Shown: in pieces, positions 36,021 to 49,100 of the stretch
How positions within the stretch are numbered: position 1 is the stretch's first letter
Layout of the letters: every line of letters begins with the position of its first letter
Source of the DNA: Mustelus asterias
Taxonomy: Eukaryota
Assembly: GCF_964213995.1 (NCBI RefSeq)
Contig: NW_027590802.1
Coordinates: 62,001-126,000, forward strand
DNA length: 64,000 nucleotides
Direction of reading: 5' to 3'
Notes under the pieces: model-generated
Seen by the model: the letters and a program-made list of their open reading frames with translations, nothing else
What the model was told of the DNA's origin: nothing
Database searches by the model: none
Made by a program: the position numbers and the translations under genes

Positions 36021-37054
36021 GCCTCTTTGTGGCTTGCCGGTCCTGTGTGAGCCATCCTTGCCACCGAAATCTGATTCTAAGAGCTGCTGTATGGTGATGA
36101 TTGAAGACAGAGTCCCTGAACTACTCCAAGGACGAACCCGCACTTGACTGCACATGGATTTTGTTCAGATTTCCGGTATTTTCAATATTTTACATTTTTT
36201 TTAATAGAACAAATCCATTTATTTTTAACCATGGTCTGTTACCATTTGCTTTTAAGCTGCTGTTCCACTTGATTTTACCCAAACGATTCATTTTGTTTGC
36301 TTCATCTCTCCCATTCAGTTCACACTTTGCAATTTAATTTGTGCCGCCCTACAATCTGATTTCTGTATCTGTGTCACACGCCTTCAGTCAATGTTTATCT
36401 CTCTTCTCACGTCCCCTGTGAAAATCCCGACATTGTTTAATCTCTGTTCAATCAACCTTCCCATTGTCCATGTGCCTCCACAGAACTGTCTCGATCCACC
36501 TAACAGACTGCACGGTACCGCATCGGTGGCCAAGCTCATTGGTGAATTATCAAACTTTTTGCTGTCACATTATAATAAACACCTTTACTTGATTTTTTTT
36601 TACATCACAAACTCAGTTCGCCTTCATCTGTAACCATCTGTTGGAATTTATTTGTACCCTTTACTGCCGTAAATCTCACCTCAGACTGTACAGATATTGA
36701 AGCTTTCCAAGCTCAGTTAGAATTAGTCTTTGAAGACATTTAGGTTTGGGCAACGTTCGTGTACAAACGCCCCATTAAATGACAATTTCCAACAAGAGCG
36801 AATATGACAATCTCCCATTGACAACGAGTCACCCGCCATAAAGCGTCTGGGTTAGCAATGAAGAGAAAGTACTGGACCTCACAACGAAATAATTTGTTAC
36901 AACAGCAAATAAAATACGAAGAATCTTGCGGTGACTATCTCACCTTCTGACTCCCCAAAATCTCTCCACTATCTAAGAGTTACAAACCAGGTTTGCGATT
37001 TAATATTTTCAACTTGTCCGGTTCAGTGCAATTCCAACAACACTAAAGAGATTT

Positions 37055-37700
37055 AGAACATAGAACATAGAAAAGAGAACAGAGAACAGTACAGCACAGA
37101 ACAGGCCCTTCGGCCCACGATGTTGTGCCAAACATGATGCCAAATTAAACTAATCTTTTCTGCCTGCCCTTGACCCATATCTCTCTATTCCTTGCATATT
37201 CACGTGCTTATCTAAAAGAGCCTTAAACATCCCTATCGTATCTGCCTCCACCACCACCACGCTTGGCAGCGCGTTCCAGATTCCTACCAATCTATGTTTA
37301 AAAAAATTGCCGCTCACACCTGCTTTGAATTCTTCCCCTTTCACCTTATGAGTGTGTCCACTCGTGTTAAACATTTCAACATTCTGACGCTCAACCCTAT
37401 CTATCCCATAATTATCGAGACTTATATCAGGTCTCCTCACAGCCCCCACCGCTCCAAAGAAAAGAACCCCAGTCTGTGCAGCCTTTCCTGATAGCTCATA
37501 TGCTCTATTCCAGGCAGCACGCTCTCCAAAGCCTCGACATACTTTCTGTAATGTGGCGACCAGAATGGAATGGAATATTCTAAGTGTCGCCTAACAAAAA
37601 TGTAATCAAGCTGCAACATTTCGTCCTGAGTCTTGTACACAATGTCCCGACCAATAAAGGCAAGCACGCCATAGACCTTATCTACCAACCTCTCTATGTG
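37055..37700 (-). mobile_element. CR1 3' fragment
   Basis: RT C-terminal ORFs and (CTATGTT)n tail. Confidence 0.8.
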
Positions 37701-38567
37701 TTTGGACCATCCAGGGCAAGCTGCCATTTCCATGAAAAAGAACCCACAACCTTAAACATTCATTCCCTCCACCACCGATACAAAGTGGCAGCAGTGTGTG
37801 TTGGATACACACTTGATACACTATCTATTGGATATATTGCAGCAAATCGCCATGGCTCCGTCGGCAGCACCTTCCAAAGCCACAAACTCCACTTCCAAAA
37901 AGGACAAGAGCAGCAGATGCATGAGAAAAGTATCAGCTGAAAGTTCCCCTGCAAGTCACACCGCATCCTGACTTGGAAATATGTCGCCGACATATTTAGC
38001 GGAATTCCTGGATATTTTTCCCAAAAGATCTACAGCTGCAACTCACATGGAATGTGATAGTTCATGAAGGTGAACTGTCACCATTTCAATTATAATTACG
38101 CCACCATTTCAATAATAGTTACGAATGGTCAACAATGTCCGACCTTTCCACCTGCTATGAAACAGCTTGCGTTATTAAATAAAATTAATGCGTAGTCAGT
38201 CCTAAATGGAATCTCACTGGAAAAACTGCCCAGATAATAAACTAATCGATTTCTGGAGAAAAAATGGAGGGCGGAAAAAATATTACATGTCTGCCCTTCC
38301 GAGTCCCAAACACCAAGGAAATGTTTAATCCACAGCACTAATTGAACAATCCGGTCCTATCTTTACTGTGAAAATAGTAACTGTAACAGAACTCGGTATG
38401 TTTCCATTCACTGAGAGAAATGTACCACCTACCGATCGCACTGCACCATGGAGATAGAGGAAGTGAGGGAAGAGCACCCTGAGACACGACAGTAGATTGT
38501 TGAGGGTGGGGTTTGGAACCGGAGTTTAAACATACCCCACTCTCATTTTACAGAGCAGACAGCGACA

Positions 38568-38607
38568 ATGATCTGCATCTGGGTTTTGTGGGGTGCATTT
38601 CTCGCAG
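38568..38607 (+). CDS. TRAV: TCR V leader exon (MICIWVLWGAFLA)
   Basis: Signal-peptide-like; phase-1 donor G|GTAAT; 114-nt intron to the V exon. Confidence 0.88.
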
Positions 38608-38721
38608 GTAATTTTGAATGTAATGCATTTCATATCTTTATCATTTCCCAAACATGGGTAAATTAAATATCAAATAACCACAGTTCATATATTTTCATGT
38701 TTGAATATGTTTTCTTTCCAG

Positions 38722-39030
38722 ATCTATGTCATGCCAATTCTGTCAATCAGATATTCTCCTCGGTCACAAAGACAGAAGGAGAAGCGGTGTCATTACCCTG
38801 TAGCTATGAAACTACGAGGAACAGTTATAGTTCATTCTGGTATAGGCAAAGCTCAGATACACAGCTATCGTATACACTGAGGAAGGACAGCGATGGCGAT
38901 GAATTTAAAGCAGATTTTGCAGAAAATCGTTTCTCTGCAGATCTCCAGACCTCGAAGAAATCCATCAATTTAATCATCTCGGGTCTTCAGTTGACAGACG
39001 CTGCCGTGTATTATTGCGCTTTCTGGAACT
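38722..39030 (+). CDS. TRAV: Apparently functional TCR alpha/delta V exon
   Basis: DLCHANSVNQ...EGEAVSLPCSY...WYRQ...RFSADLQ...LIISGLQLTDAAVYYCAFWN; open frame in phase with the leader. Confidence 0.92.
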
Positions 39031-39069
39031 CACAGTGATAGAAAGCAGGCTCAACCCTGTACAAAAATT
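39031..39069 (+). other. Consensus 23-RSS of the functional TCR V
   Basis: CACAGTG, 23 nt, ACAAAAATT. Confidence 0.93.
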
Positions 39070-39914
39070 TCGACAACTGCTGCAGTTGGGTAGCTCTGGT
39101 CCGCTGGAGGATGTGGAGAATCTCTGTTAGATTCAGTCACAATGTGCTTTGTGATGTCAGCCCCTCAAACAAACGACTACAGGAAACCAAATTAACCTCG
39201 GATCAAACTGCCAGTCAACAGTTTCCAGGAGTGAGAGAGAAAGCAAAACTATCGATTCCAATCAGGCCGAGACGCAACACAGTACCGTGTTTGAAGAGGG
39301 CCGCTCTCATCGCCAAACTCAATGATCTGCTGTTGTGTGAGAACTGTTGGTAACCGACGGATTTCATTAATTTAAACATTGCAAATTGAGTTACAATATA
39401 ATTACAGGGGAGCGGCAGTGATGATGTTCGGCTAAAGTGTGGGAATGAAAGTCTGACCTCTTTATTACCACGAATAAAACAAAACGATTGTAAATTTAAA
39501 ATATTCCAGTATTTGGTAGACATCCTGAAAAACATTGGACTTTGAGGGTAATCCATTCTAGAGTCCGTTTTGATGACCACAATCTCTAACTTGTGAGATA
39601 TGTTGATTCTGTATGCACAGTGCCTGATACAAGAACAATCTCTGATCAAATATACACTGTCAACTGTCCGCAGTGACAGACTAAACAAAACGGTGTGGGG
39701 AGATGAGATTACATTGCATTACATGGCAGGCATTCGAAGTAAGGACATCAAAGGACAAAGAGTCATTTGCAATGTCACAAGTGTATTTATGAAGTTTCTG
39801 AATAGAGGTCAAAATCAAACAATCTAAATCCACAAGTGCTCGCCTCCATTTCTGACTCATTGCTGTACTTTGCGCTCACTTCCTCTCACTATGGAGGCTG
39901 GATATTTTTTTTTA

Positions 39915-40262
39915 TATATTCATGCGTGAGATATGGGCGTCGCTGGCTGGCTAGCATTTATTGCCCATCCAGAGTTGACAGAGGGCAGTTGAGAGTCAGC
40001 CACATAATTGTGGCTCTGGAGTCACACGTAGGCCAGACCGGGTAAGGACGGTAAATTTTCTTCCCTAAAAAACATTAGTGAACCAAATGAGTCTTTCCGA
40101 CAATTAACAATGGTTTCTTCAGTCGATTCTTAATTCCAGATTTTTAAAATTGTACTCAGATTACACCATCTGAGGTGGAGGAATTGGAACTCAGGTCCCC
40201 AAGACATGAGCTGAGTTTCTGGATTGATAGTCTCGCGATAATACCACGAGGCCATCGCCCCC
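39915..40262 (-). mobile_element. Second tRNA-headed SINE family (another copy at ~50685-51025)
   Basis: Two dispersed similar copies with a tRNA-like head on the minus strand. Confidence 0.6.
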
Positions 40263-41060
40263 GCAGCAATATAAATGTTACTGAGCGGTATGATATCTCT
40301 GTGATATCTCTGCGATATGTCTGGTGGACACTCTCTGCAAATCCCATGATGGGTTTTATCCGGGTGCTCTTGTCACTACAGCAGTGTGGCCCTCATTCTG
40401 TATCATTGCTCATTGTCCAAATTGTCCCACCCCGGCGAGATTGAAATGAAAAGTCTCAATTTCCACAGTTCAAAGCTGCAGAGTCTGCCTGCTCAGTGAA
40501 CATCTTAGAACTTCCAAGGAATATTGTAAGTCGGAAAATCGAATGAGCCAAGGTTGTCAAGTAACTGCGTTCCAGTGTTACGCTCCGTACCTCCAAAACA
40601 GTGAGTTCTGGTCGAGTCAGGCACGCTGAATCTTCGCTATTTGTTCCTCAAAGATAATTCGAAAATTTCAAAACTTCGCTTCCCTGTGGAACAGGACCAT
40701 TAGTATCAATGATGACCATGGCTCCCTAAGTGTGGGTTCTAAAATTTCACCAATTTGAACACAGCATTAAAGCTCTTGATATTTTTGATGTGGAATTATC
40801 TCACTAACGTCGATCTCGGAGGCGTTTCATTTATTATAATAAATCTGGAAACTCTCTCTTTAAGGACAGTGATTTCAATCCAGCCCATTGTGCTTCTATT
40901 TACTGTCTGTTACCTTATCATCTGGGGTCACCCAGCATCTCTCGGCACAGAAGGGAGGGAGGTGAGAACCTCCGGAGACAGAGAGCTGATTATCAAGGGC
41001 GGGGATTAGGACGGGTGTCTTCAACCATTCAGCTCCCCCTTTACAGTACGGACAGCGACA

Positions 41061-41548
41061 ATGCAGCTGCTCGGTGTGTGGTTGATGTGGGAAACATTCC
41101 CGACCGGTGAACATATGCAAAAGAAATTTCACCGTTTCTCACTTTTCACAAGCATAGTTCCAGACCACACTTCTTTCAGCCGCCCATCTGAACACTTCCT
41201 GCTTCAATATGTTATCTTTTCAGATGAGTCATGGAGATTATGTCACTCAACCGCTCTCATCTGATGTTGAGAGAGGTGAGATCGTGACTCTAACTTGTAT
41301 CGATCAAACTACAGCGAGCGACTGTAGGATGCACTCGTACCGCCAACATCCCGAAGTGAAGAATCATCCTGATGGTTATGAAGATAAAGCAGATGTTTTC
41401 AAAAGTCGATTCTATGTGGATCTCCAGGCCTCCAACAAATTTATCAGCTTAAATATACTGGACCTGAGCTTGACTGATGCTGCCGTTTATTACTTCGCGT
41501 TAAGACGCACAGAGATAGAAAGAAGAACCACCCTCGTGCACAAAAACT
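41061..41548 (+). pseudogene. TRAV: TCR alpha/delta V pseudogene (leader 41061-41106, V exon 41224-41507, aberrant RSS)
   Basis: Leader splices out of frame with SHGDYVTQ; Trp>Ser (SYRQ); FR2 deletion; YYC>YYF; CACAGAG lies 25 nt from ACAAAAACT. Confidence 0.87.
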
Positions 41549-41894
41549 GTGTTTAAACTGTAGGTATGAACTCATGTCGGTTCGGGATTCCGAAGGCTCA
41601 AAGCCAGATTTTAAGCGAGCTGTCAGCCGCTCTCTGTCTCTCTCTCTCACTCACACACGCACATGCACACAGATACACAGAGGAAACAAAGTTAACCTCA
41701 GATCAAACTGGTGACCGCCTGTTTCCAACAGCGGAGAAAACAAAGTGCAGAATCCAATTTGGCAAATAGATCCAGCAAAGGACTACTTTACTCATTCTGC
41801 TCTAAGGCAATAATCATGCCATTCTCGTTGTATTGTTCGACCAGTAGAATGTCCGGAAGCGAATGAATGGAAATACCTCGAGCTGCGATAGAGT

Positions 41895-42200
41895 CATAGA
41901 ATCAAAGAACTCCTGCAGTGCAGAGGAGGCCATTCGGACCATCTAACGTGCACTGACAACTATCGCACCCAGGCACTATCCCCATAACCCTGTATATTTA
42001 CTCTACTAATCGCTGCTGACACGCAATTTAGCATGGCCAATCAACCTAAGCGACACATTTTGGACTGTGTGAGGAAACGGGAGCACCCGGAGGAAGCCCA
42101 TACAGACACGGGGAGAATGTGCAAACACCGTACAGGCAGTCACCCAAAGTTGGAATTGAATCCGTTTCCCTGGCTCTGTGAGGCAGCACTGCTAACCGCC
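41895..42200 (-). mobile_element. V-SINE
   Basis: Core and tail. Confidence 0.8.
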
Positions 42201-42536
42201 GTCCTCAGTCAATGTCCTCAGAATGGAAATATTTCCACTGTTCAAGACGGGGTTGGGAATAAAAGCCTTGTTTGTTAATTAGGGATGGTTCCCAAAACAT
42301 TGCAGGCATTGAACTCAACGTCATTGCATTCACCAGCAAATTCCAATGCTCCTTTATGCAGAAAACAACTCACATTCAAATGAACACAAATCCTACAAAC
42401 TGCGAATTACATCACAGTAACCATAATACAAATCAGGAAGCATTTGGCATAAACATATTTCGAGAATACAACGAATGCAGTGCATCTCCAGGAAGAAAAC
42501 CATTTACCACACATCGCCAACAGAGGGAGTGCATTC

Positions 42537-43160
42537 ATAGAACATAGAAAAGCGACAGCACAAACAGGCCCTTCGGCCCACAAGTTGGTGCGAAATATTT
42601 CCTTACCTTCTAGGCTCATCTATAACCCTCTATCTTACTAACTTCCATGACCCTATCCAAAAGTCGCTTAAAAGACTCAATCGAATCCGCTTCCACCACC
42701 ACTAGCGGCAGCCGATTCCACTCACCCACCACCCTCTGAGTGAAAAACTTACCCCTAACATCTCCTCTATACCTACTCCCCAATGCCTTAAACCTGTGGC
42801 CTCTCGTGACAACCATTTCAGCCCTGGGTAAAAGCCTCTGAGAATCCACTCTATCAATACCTCTCAACATCTTATACACCTCTATCAGGTCACCTCTCAT
42901 CCTTCGCCTCCCCAAGGAGAATAGACCTAGCTCTCTCAACCTATCCTCATAAGACATACCACTTAATCCTGGCAACATCCTCGTAAATCTCTTCTGCACC
43001 CGTTCTATGGCTTCCACATCCTTTCTGGAATGAGGCGACCAGAACTGGGCACAGTACTCCAGGTGGGGTCTGACCAGGGTCCTATACAGCTGCAGCATTA
43101 CCTCCTGATTTCTAAACTCAATTCCTCTATTGATGAAGGCCAGTATTCCATACGCCTTCT
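42537..43160 (-). mobile_element. CR1 3' fragment closely related to the 25861 element
   Basis: 160-aa ORF highly similar to the ORF2 C-terminus at 25943-26420. Confidence 0.88.
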
Positions 43161-44239
43161 TAATTCATCACGTATTCGTGACCACTGCAGCAAATCAATC
43201 AATAAATCGCATGGCACTGGGGATTAAGGACAGTCATTTATTTCATCTTAAGTCACGAACTCGGAAATCCGCAAGCATCCCAATTTTCTCTGGTTGTTAG
43301 GAGACCACTAATTGGTTTGTGACACTGTTACCTTGTAAGTGAAGGCCATAACCAGCTGTGTCCTGATCTGTCACCCAACTTTAAAGTTACTTGAACCAGT
43401 GCCCTTTCGACTCAAGATCACAGTTCAAATTAAGGCATATTTCAGGAAAACCCATCCCATATCAGATTGCACCTTACAGCTTCTATTGTTGATTTTATAC
43501 CTTCCTTGAATCCTGGTTCCATCTGACTCATTGAATCTCCCGCCGTCTACTTGCTTCTCCCATTGCATCTCCCCCGATTCCCCCACTAACTTGTCATTTT
43601 CCTTCCATTTCTGAATCTGTTTGTCTCCCTGTTGTTAGATGTATTTCATTCACACTACATATGAGTCGATTTCACTACCTGTCTTTGTGTCATTTCTATG
43701 CCCCTCATTCCACCTCTCTCCCACAGATATATAGATGTTTCTCTGTCTGCCTTTTACTTCTATCTATCAGTCTGTTCTGCTCATGTCATTTAGGCTTTCT
43801 CCATGGAGCTCTATCTATAGCTATCCCTGACACTTCTTCAATGGCCGCTTTGAAAAGAAGAACAAATCTTTTCCTGAATGAGCAATCAGCTCTTGCTCTG
43901 ATTTATTGAGGATTTTCGATGTTCCAAAAAGATCCAAGTGTTCCTTTGGTATATAAATCCCAGGAGATTATCCACGTTTATGTGGTAGTTAATATTGCAC
44001 AATGTAAGAATAGTCAGCAGTAACCCATGCAATCTGCGATGCCACTACCTGAATTGCTATACCTCCCCTTCTGAAGGAAATGTAGCTCACTCACTATATG
44101 GGCTCTATTTACTGCTGAAGAATCGCATCGTCACCACAGCAGATGTGATCATTCCTCTGCAGATGCAATGGATGTTGATTCTTCAGAGTTGCAAAGCATT
44201 CTGGGTTACGAAGCAAATCCCACAATATAAACGATCAGT

Positions 44240-44294
44240 GATTAGGGACGGGTGTCTTCAACCACTCAGCTCTCCATTTACAGAGCAGACAGCG
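44240..44294 (+). promoter_or_regulatory. Orphan TCR V promoter/5'UTR relic
   Basis: GATTAGGGACGGGTGTCTTCAACCACTCAGCTCTCCATTTACAGAGCAGACAGCG closely matches 41004-41057 and 38540-38565; no leader follows. Confidence 0.65.
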
Positions 44295-45506
44295 TAAATA
44301 AGCATTCAGCATTGCAAAATGACCTCACCCTCAGGAGTATGTAAGATAAACTTACACCCATACGTGACAGAAGTGGCAGTTGTAATCAGTATTGTCTAAT
44401 TGAGGTTAAGTCGATTGCAAACATCGTTGGACAAAGAACAAAGAACAATACAGCACAGGAACAGGCCATTCGGCCCTCCAAGCCTGCACCGATCATGTGT
44501 TCCTAACTAAACCATACGTTTGTATCCCTCTATTCTCAGTCTGTTCATGTGGCTATCTAGATAAGTCTTAAATGATCCTAGCGAGTCTGCCTCAAACACC
44601 TTGCTTGGTAGTGTATTCCAGGCCCCCACCACCCTCTGTGTCAAATACGTCCCCTGCATATCTGTATTGAACCTTGCCCCCCTTGTGTTTGTCATTTCTG
44701 ACCTGGGAAGAAGCTTTCAACTGTTCACCCTATCTATGCCCTTCATAATTTTATAAACTTCTATTAGGTCGCCCCTCAACCTCCGTCTTTCCAGGGAGAA
44801 GAACCCTAGTTTACGCAATCTCTCCTCATAGCGAATACCCTCCATACCAGGCAACATCCTGGTAAACCTTTTCTGCACTCTCTCCAAAGCCTCCACGTCC
44901 TCCTGGTAGTGTGGCGACCAGAACTGGACGCAACATTCCAAATGTGGCCGAACCAACGTTCTATATAACTGCAACATCATATGCCAACTTTTATACTCTA
45001 TGCCCCGTCCAATAAAGGCAAGCATTCCATATGCCTTCTTCACCACATTTTCCCTCTGTGCTGCCACCTTTAATGATCTGTGGACTTGCACACTCAGATC
45101 CCTCTGTGTGTCTATACTCCTGATGGTTCTGCCATTTATTGTATAGCTCCCCCCTGCATTAGATCTACCAAAATGCATCACTTCGCATTTATCAGGATTA
45201 AATTCCATCTGCCATTTCTCTGCCCAATTTTCCAGCCTATCTATATTCTGCTGTATTCTCTGACAATGTTCATCACTGTCCGCACCTCCAGCAAACTTTG
45301 TGTCGTCCGCATATTTACTAATCAGACCAGCTACATCTTCTTCCAAATCATTTGTATATATCACAAACAGCAGAGGTCCCAGTACAGAGCCCTGCGGAAC
45401 ACCACTAGTCATGATGTGGAGATGCCGGCGTTGGACTGGGGTAAACACAGTAAGAAATTTAACAGCACCAGGTTAAAGTCCAACAGGTTTATTTGGTAGC
45501 AAAAGG

Positions 45507-45541
45507 CACAAGCTTTCGGAGCGCTGCTCCTTCGTCAGGTG
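45507..45541 (-). ncRNA. Minimal hammerhead ribozyme, inverted copy
   Basis: Reverse complement of the 46067 motif. Confidence 0.7.
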
Positions 45542-46066
45542 CAGCATCTGCATGGTTTCCCCAATGTACCATGCCTCGGGACATCCGTTCCTGCAGCGTA
45601 TCAGGTAGCCAATGCTGTTGTCTACCTGATAGCATGCAGACGCTGTGACAACGGATGAATGAACACCGCTCGACAATCACCCGGCAAGACTGTTCTCTTC
45701 CTGTTGGGGAGCACTTCAGCGGTCACGGGCATTCGGCCTCTGATATTCGGGTAAGTGTTCTCCAAGGCGGCTTTCAGGACACACGACGGCGCAGAGTCGC
45801 TGAGCAGAAACTGATAGCCAAGTTCCGCACACATGAGGACGGCCTCAATCGGGATATTGGGTTCATGTCCCGCTATCTGTAATCCCCACAGCTTGCCTGG
45901 ACTTGCAGAATTTCACTGGCTGTCCTTTGACCTGTCTTGGTGCTCTCTCCACTCACATTGTTTGTACCTTTAAGACTTGATTAGCTGTAAGTATTCGCAT
46001 TCCAACAATTATTCTGTAAATTGAGTTTGTGTCTTTATATGCCCTGTTTGTGAACAGAATTCTCAC

Positions 46067-46103
46067 TCACCTGACGAAGGAGCAGCGCTCCGAAAGCTTG
46101 TGG
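46067..46103 (+). ncRNA. Minimal type I hammerhead ribozyme
   Basis: TCAC-CTGACGA-A-GGAGC(agc)GCTCC-GAAA-GC-TT-GTGG: core boxes, 5-bp stem II, palindromic stem III. Confidence 0.75.
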
Positions 46104-49100
46104 CTTTTTCTACCAAATAAACCTGTTGGACTTTAACCTGGTGTTGTAAAACTTCTTACTCTGAACACCACTAGTCACAGACCTCCAATCAGAAAAATAT
46201 CCCTCCACTGCAACCTCTGTCTTCTGTGGCCAAGCCAGTTCTGTACCCATCTAGCAAGTTCACCTTTGATCCCGCGAGATTTAACCTTTTGCACCAGCCT
46301 GCCACGAGGGACCTTGTCAAATGCTTCACTAAAATCCATGTAGACGACATGCACGGCCCTTCCCTCGTCAATCATTTTTGTCACCTCCTGAAAAACCTCA
46401 AGCAAATTTGTGAGGCATGACCTCCCTCGTACAAAACCATGTTGTCTATCGCTAATGAGACTATTCAGTTCTAAACGCGTATAGATCCTATCTCTAAAAT
46501 TTTCTTCAACAATTTCCCTACCACGGACGTCATGCTCACTGGCCTATAATTACCCGGGTTATCCTTGCTACCCTTGTTAAATAACGGGACCACATTTGCT
46601 AACCTCCAATCCTCTGGGGCCTCACTTGTCTCCAATGAAGAAGCAAAGATTTCTCTGAGAGGCCCAGCAATTTCATCTCTTGTCTCTCTCAGTAATCTAG
46701 GACAAATGCCATCTGGCCCTGGGAGTTTGTCTACCTTAATGCTTCCTGAAACACCCAACACTTCCTCCCTTGTAATTGTAATTTGTTCTAACGGGTCTAC
46801 ACATCCCTCTGAGACACTACCAATCAACGTGTCCCTCTCCTTTGTGAATACTGATGCAAAGTATTCATTTAGGATCTCACCTACTTCCTAGGGTTCTAAG
46901 CATAATTCCCCCCCCCCCTTTGTTCTTGAGAGGTCCCACTCTTTCTCTGACAACCCTCTTGTTCCTAACGTATGTATAAAATGCCTTGGGATTCTCCTTA
47001 ATCCTGCCTGCCAAGGACATTTCGTGACCCCATTTTGCCCTTCTAACTCCCTGTTTGAGTTCTTTTCTACTTTCTCTGCATTCCTCCAGTGCTTCATCAG
47101 TTTTTAGCTGCCTGGACCTTATGTATGCCTCTTTGTTCTTTTTGATTAGACCCACAATTTCTCTGGTTATCCACGGCTCTCGAATCCTACCTTTCCTGTC
47201 CTTCTATTGTACAGGCACATGTCTGTCCTGCACTCCTATCAACTGCTCCTTAAAAGACTCCCACATGCCAGATGTGGATTTACCCTCAAACAGCCTCTCC
47301 CAATCAACAGCCACCAAATCCTGCCCAATCCGGCTGTAGTTAGCCTTCCCCCAATTCAGCATCTTACCCAAAGGACAACACTCATCCTTTTCCATGACTA
47401 TCAGAAAGTTTACAGAATTGTGGTCGCTGTTCACCACATGTTCCCCCACTGAAACTTTGATGACCTGACCGGGCTCATTCCCCAGTATCAGGTCCAGTAT
47501 AGCCCCCTCTCTAGTTGGACTATCAACATTTTGTTGCAAAGAACCTTCCTGGACACATTTTACAAATTCCTCCCCGTCCGTCCCCCCAGCCCGAAGGGAT
47601 TTCCAGTCTATATGGGGGAAATTAAAGTCTCCCACTGCAACAACGCTATTTTTTCTACACCTGTCCAGAATCTCCTTGCATATCCGTTCTTCAACTTCCC
47701 GTGGGCTGTTGCGAGACCTGTAGTATACCCCTAGTATAGTGACTGCGCCCCTCCTGTTTCTGAGCTCTACCCACAGTGTCTCGTTACATGATCCTTCCAA
47801 ATTGCCCACCCTCTGTCCCGCTGTAATATGCTCTGTAACCAGTATTGCTACTCCCCCACCAATTCTAGCCCCTCCTCTGTCTCGCCTAAAACGCTTATAC
47901 CCCGGAATATTCAGCTGCCAGTCCTGTCCTTCTATTAACCAAGTCTCTGTCACTGCAACCATATTCAAGTTCCGCGCATGCATTACGGCACTAAGTTCAT
48001 CTGTCTTGCCTGTTATGCTCTTTGCATTGAAGCAGATGCACTCCAGACCTCCAGGCCCACTGAGTTCATCCTCCCCCAGATTGCTCTTCCTCTCAGGTAG
48101 CCTTGTCTTGGCCCCATGTTCGTCCCGAGTCTCTATGCTTGCTGACCTATTGTTCTGATTCCCACCCCCCTGCCACATTAGTTTAAACCCACCCGAACCA
48201 CACGAGCAAACCTCCCAGCCAGGATATTGGTGCCCCTCCAGTTCAGGTGTAACCCGTCCTTCTTGTACAGGTCCCATCCTCCCTGGAAGACTTCCCAGTG
48301 ATCCATGAATCTGAAACCCTCCCTCCTGCACCAATTCTTTAGCCACGTGTTCAGCTGCACAGTCTCCTTTTTCCTTGCCTCACTAGCACGTGGTACGGGG
48401 AGTAATCCAGAGATTGCTAACCTCGAGGTCCTGTTTTTTAGCCTTCTACCTAACTCCCTAAATTGCTCTTGCAGGACGTCCCTGCCCTTTCTGCCTGCGT
48501 CATTTCTACTAATGTGGACAATGACGTCTGTCTGATTTACCCTCCCCTTTTAGGATGCTTTCTACCCGCTCAGAGACATCCAGGACCCTAGCACCAGGGA
48601 GGCAGTCTACCGTCCTGGAGTCTCGTTTGCGCCCACAGAACCGCCTGTCTGTGCCTCTAACTATTGAGTCCCCCACGACTATTGATCTCCTATTCTCCCT
48701 CTTTTCCTTCTGAGCCACAGAGCCCGAACTCCATGCCTGAGACCTGGTCACCATGGCTTACCCCTGGAAGGTCATCCCCACCCCGCACCCGCCACCCGCC
48801 ACCCCCCCACCCCCACAGTATCCAACACGGTATACTTATTTTGGAGGGGAACAACCACAGGGGATCCCTGCATTGACTGCTTCCTCCCCTCCCCTCTCCT
48901 GACTGTCACCCAGCTCGCTTCATTTTTAGATGTTACCACTTCCCGAGAACTACTATCTATCACCCCCTCTGCCTCCCAAATGGTCCGAAATTCATCCAGT
49001 TCAAGCTCCAATTACCGAAGGTGGTCTGTAAGGAGCTGGGTGCACCTCCCACAGGTGAAGTCAGCAGGGTCACGAATGGTGTCCGTTACCTTCCATTTCC

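Larger units (their letters stand above)
45412..46160 (+). mobile_element. Penelope-like element fragment (GIY-YIG endonuclease C-terminus, inverted pseudo-LTR)
   Basis: YLIRC...WYIGET (inverted) plus MNEHRS...VGEHF...EQKLI..F.T...GLN; flanked by a 15-bp duplication GAACACCACTAGTCA (45397, 46163). Confidence 0.85.
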
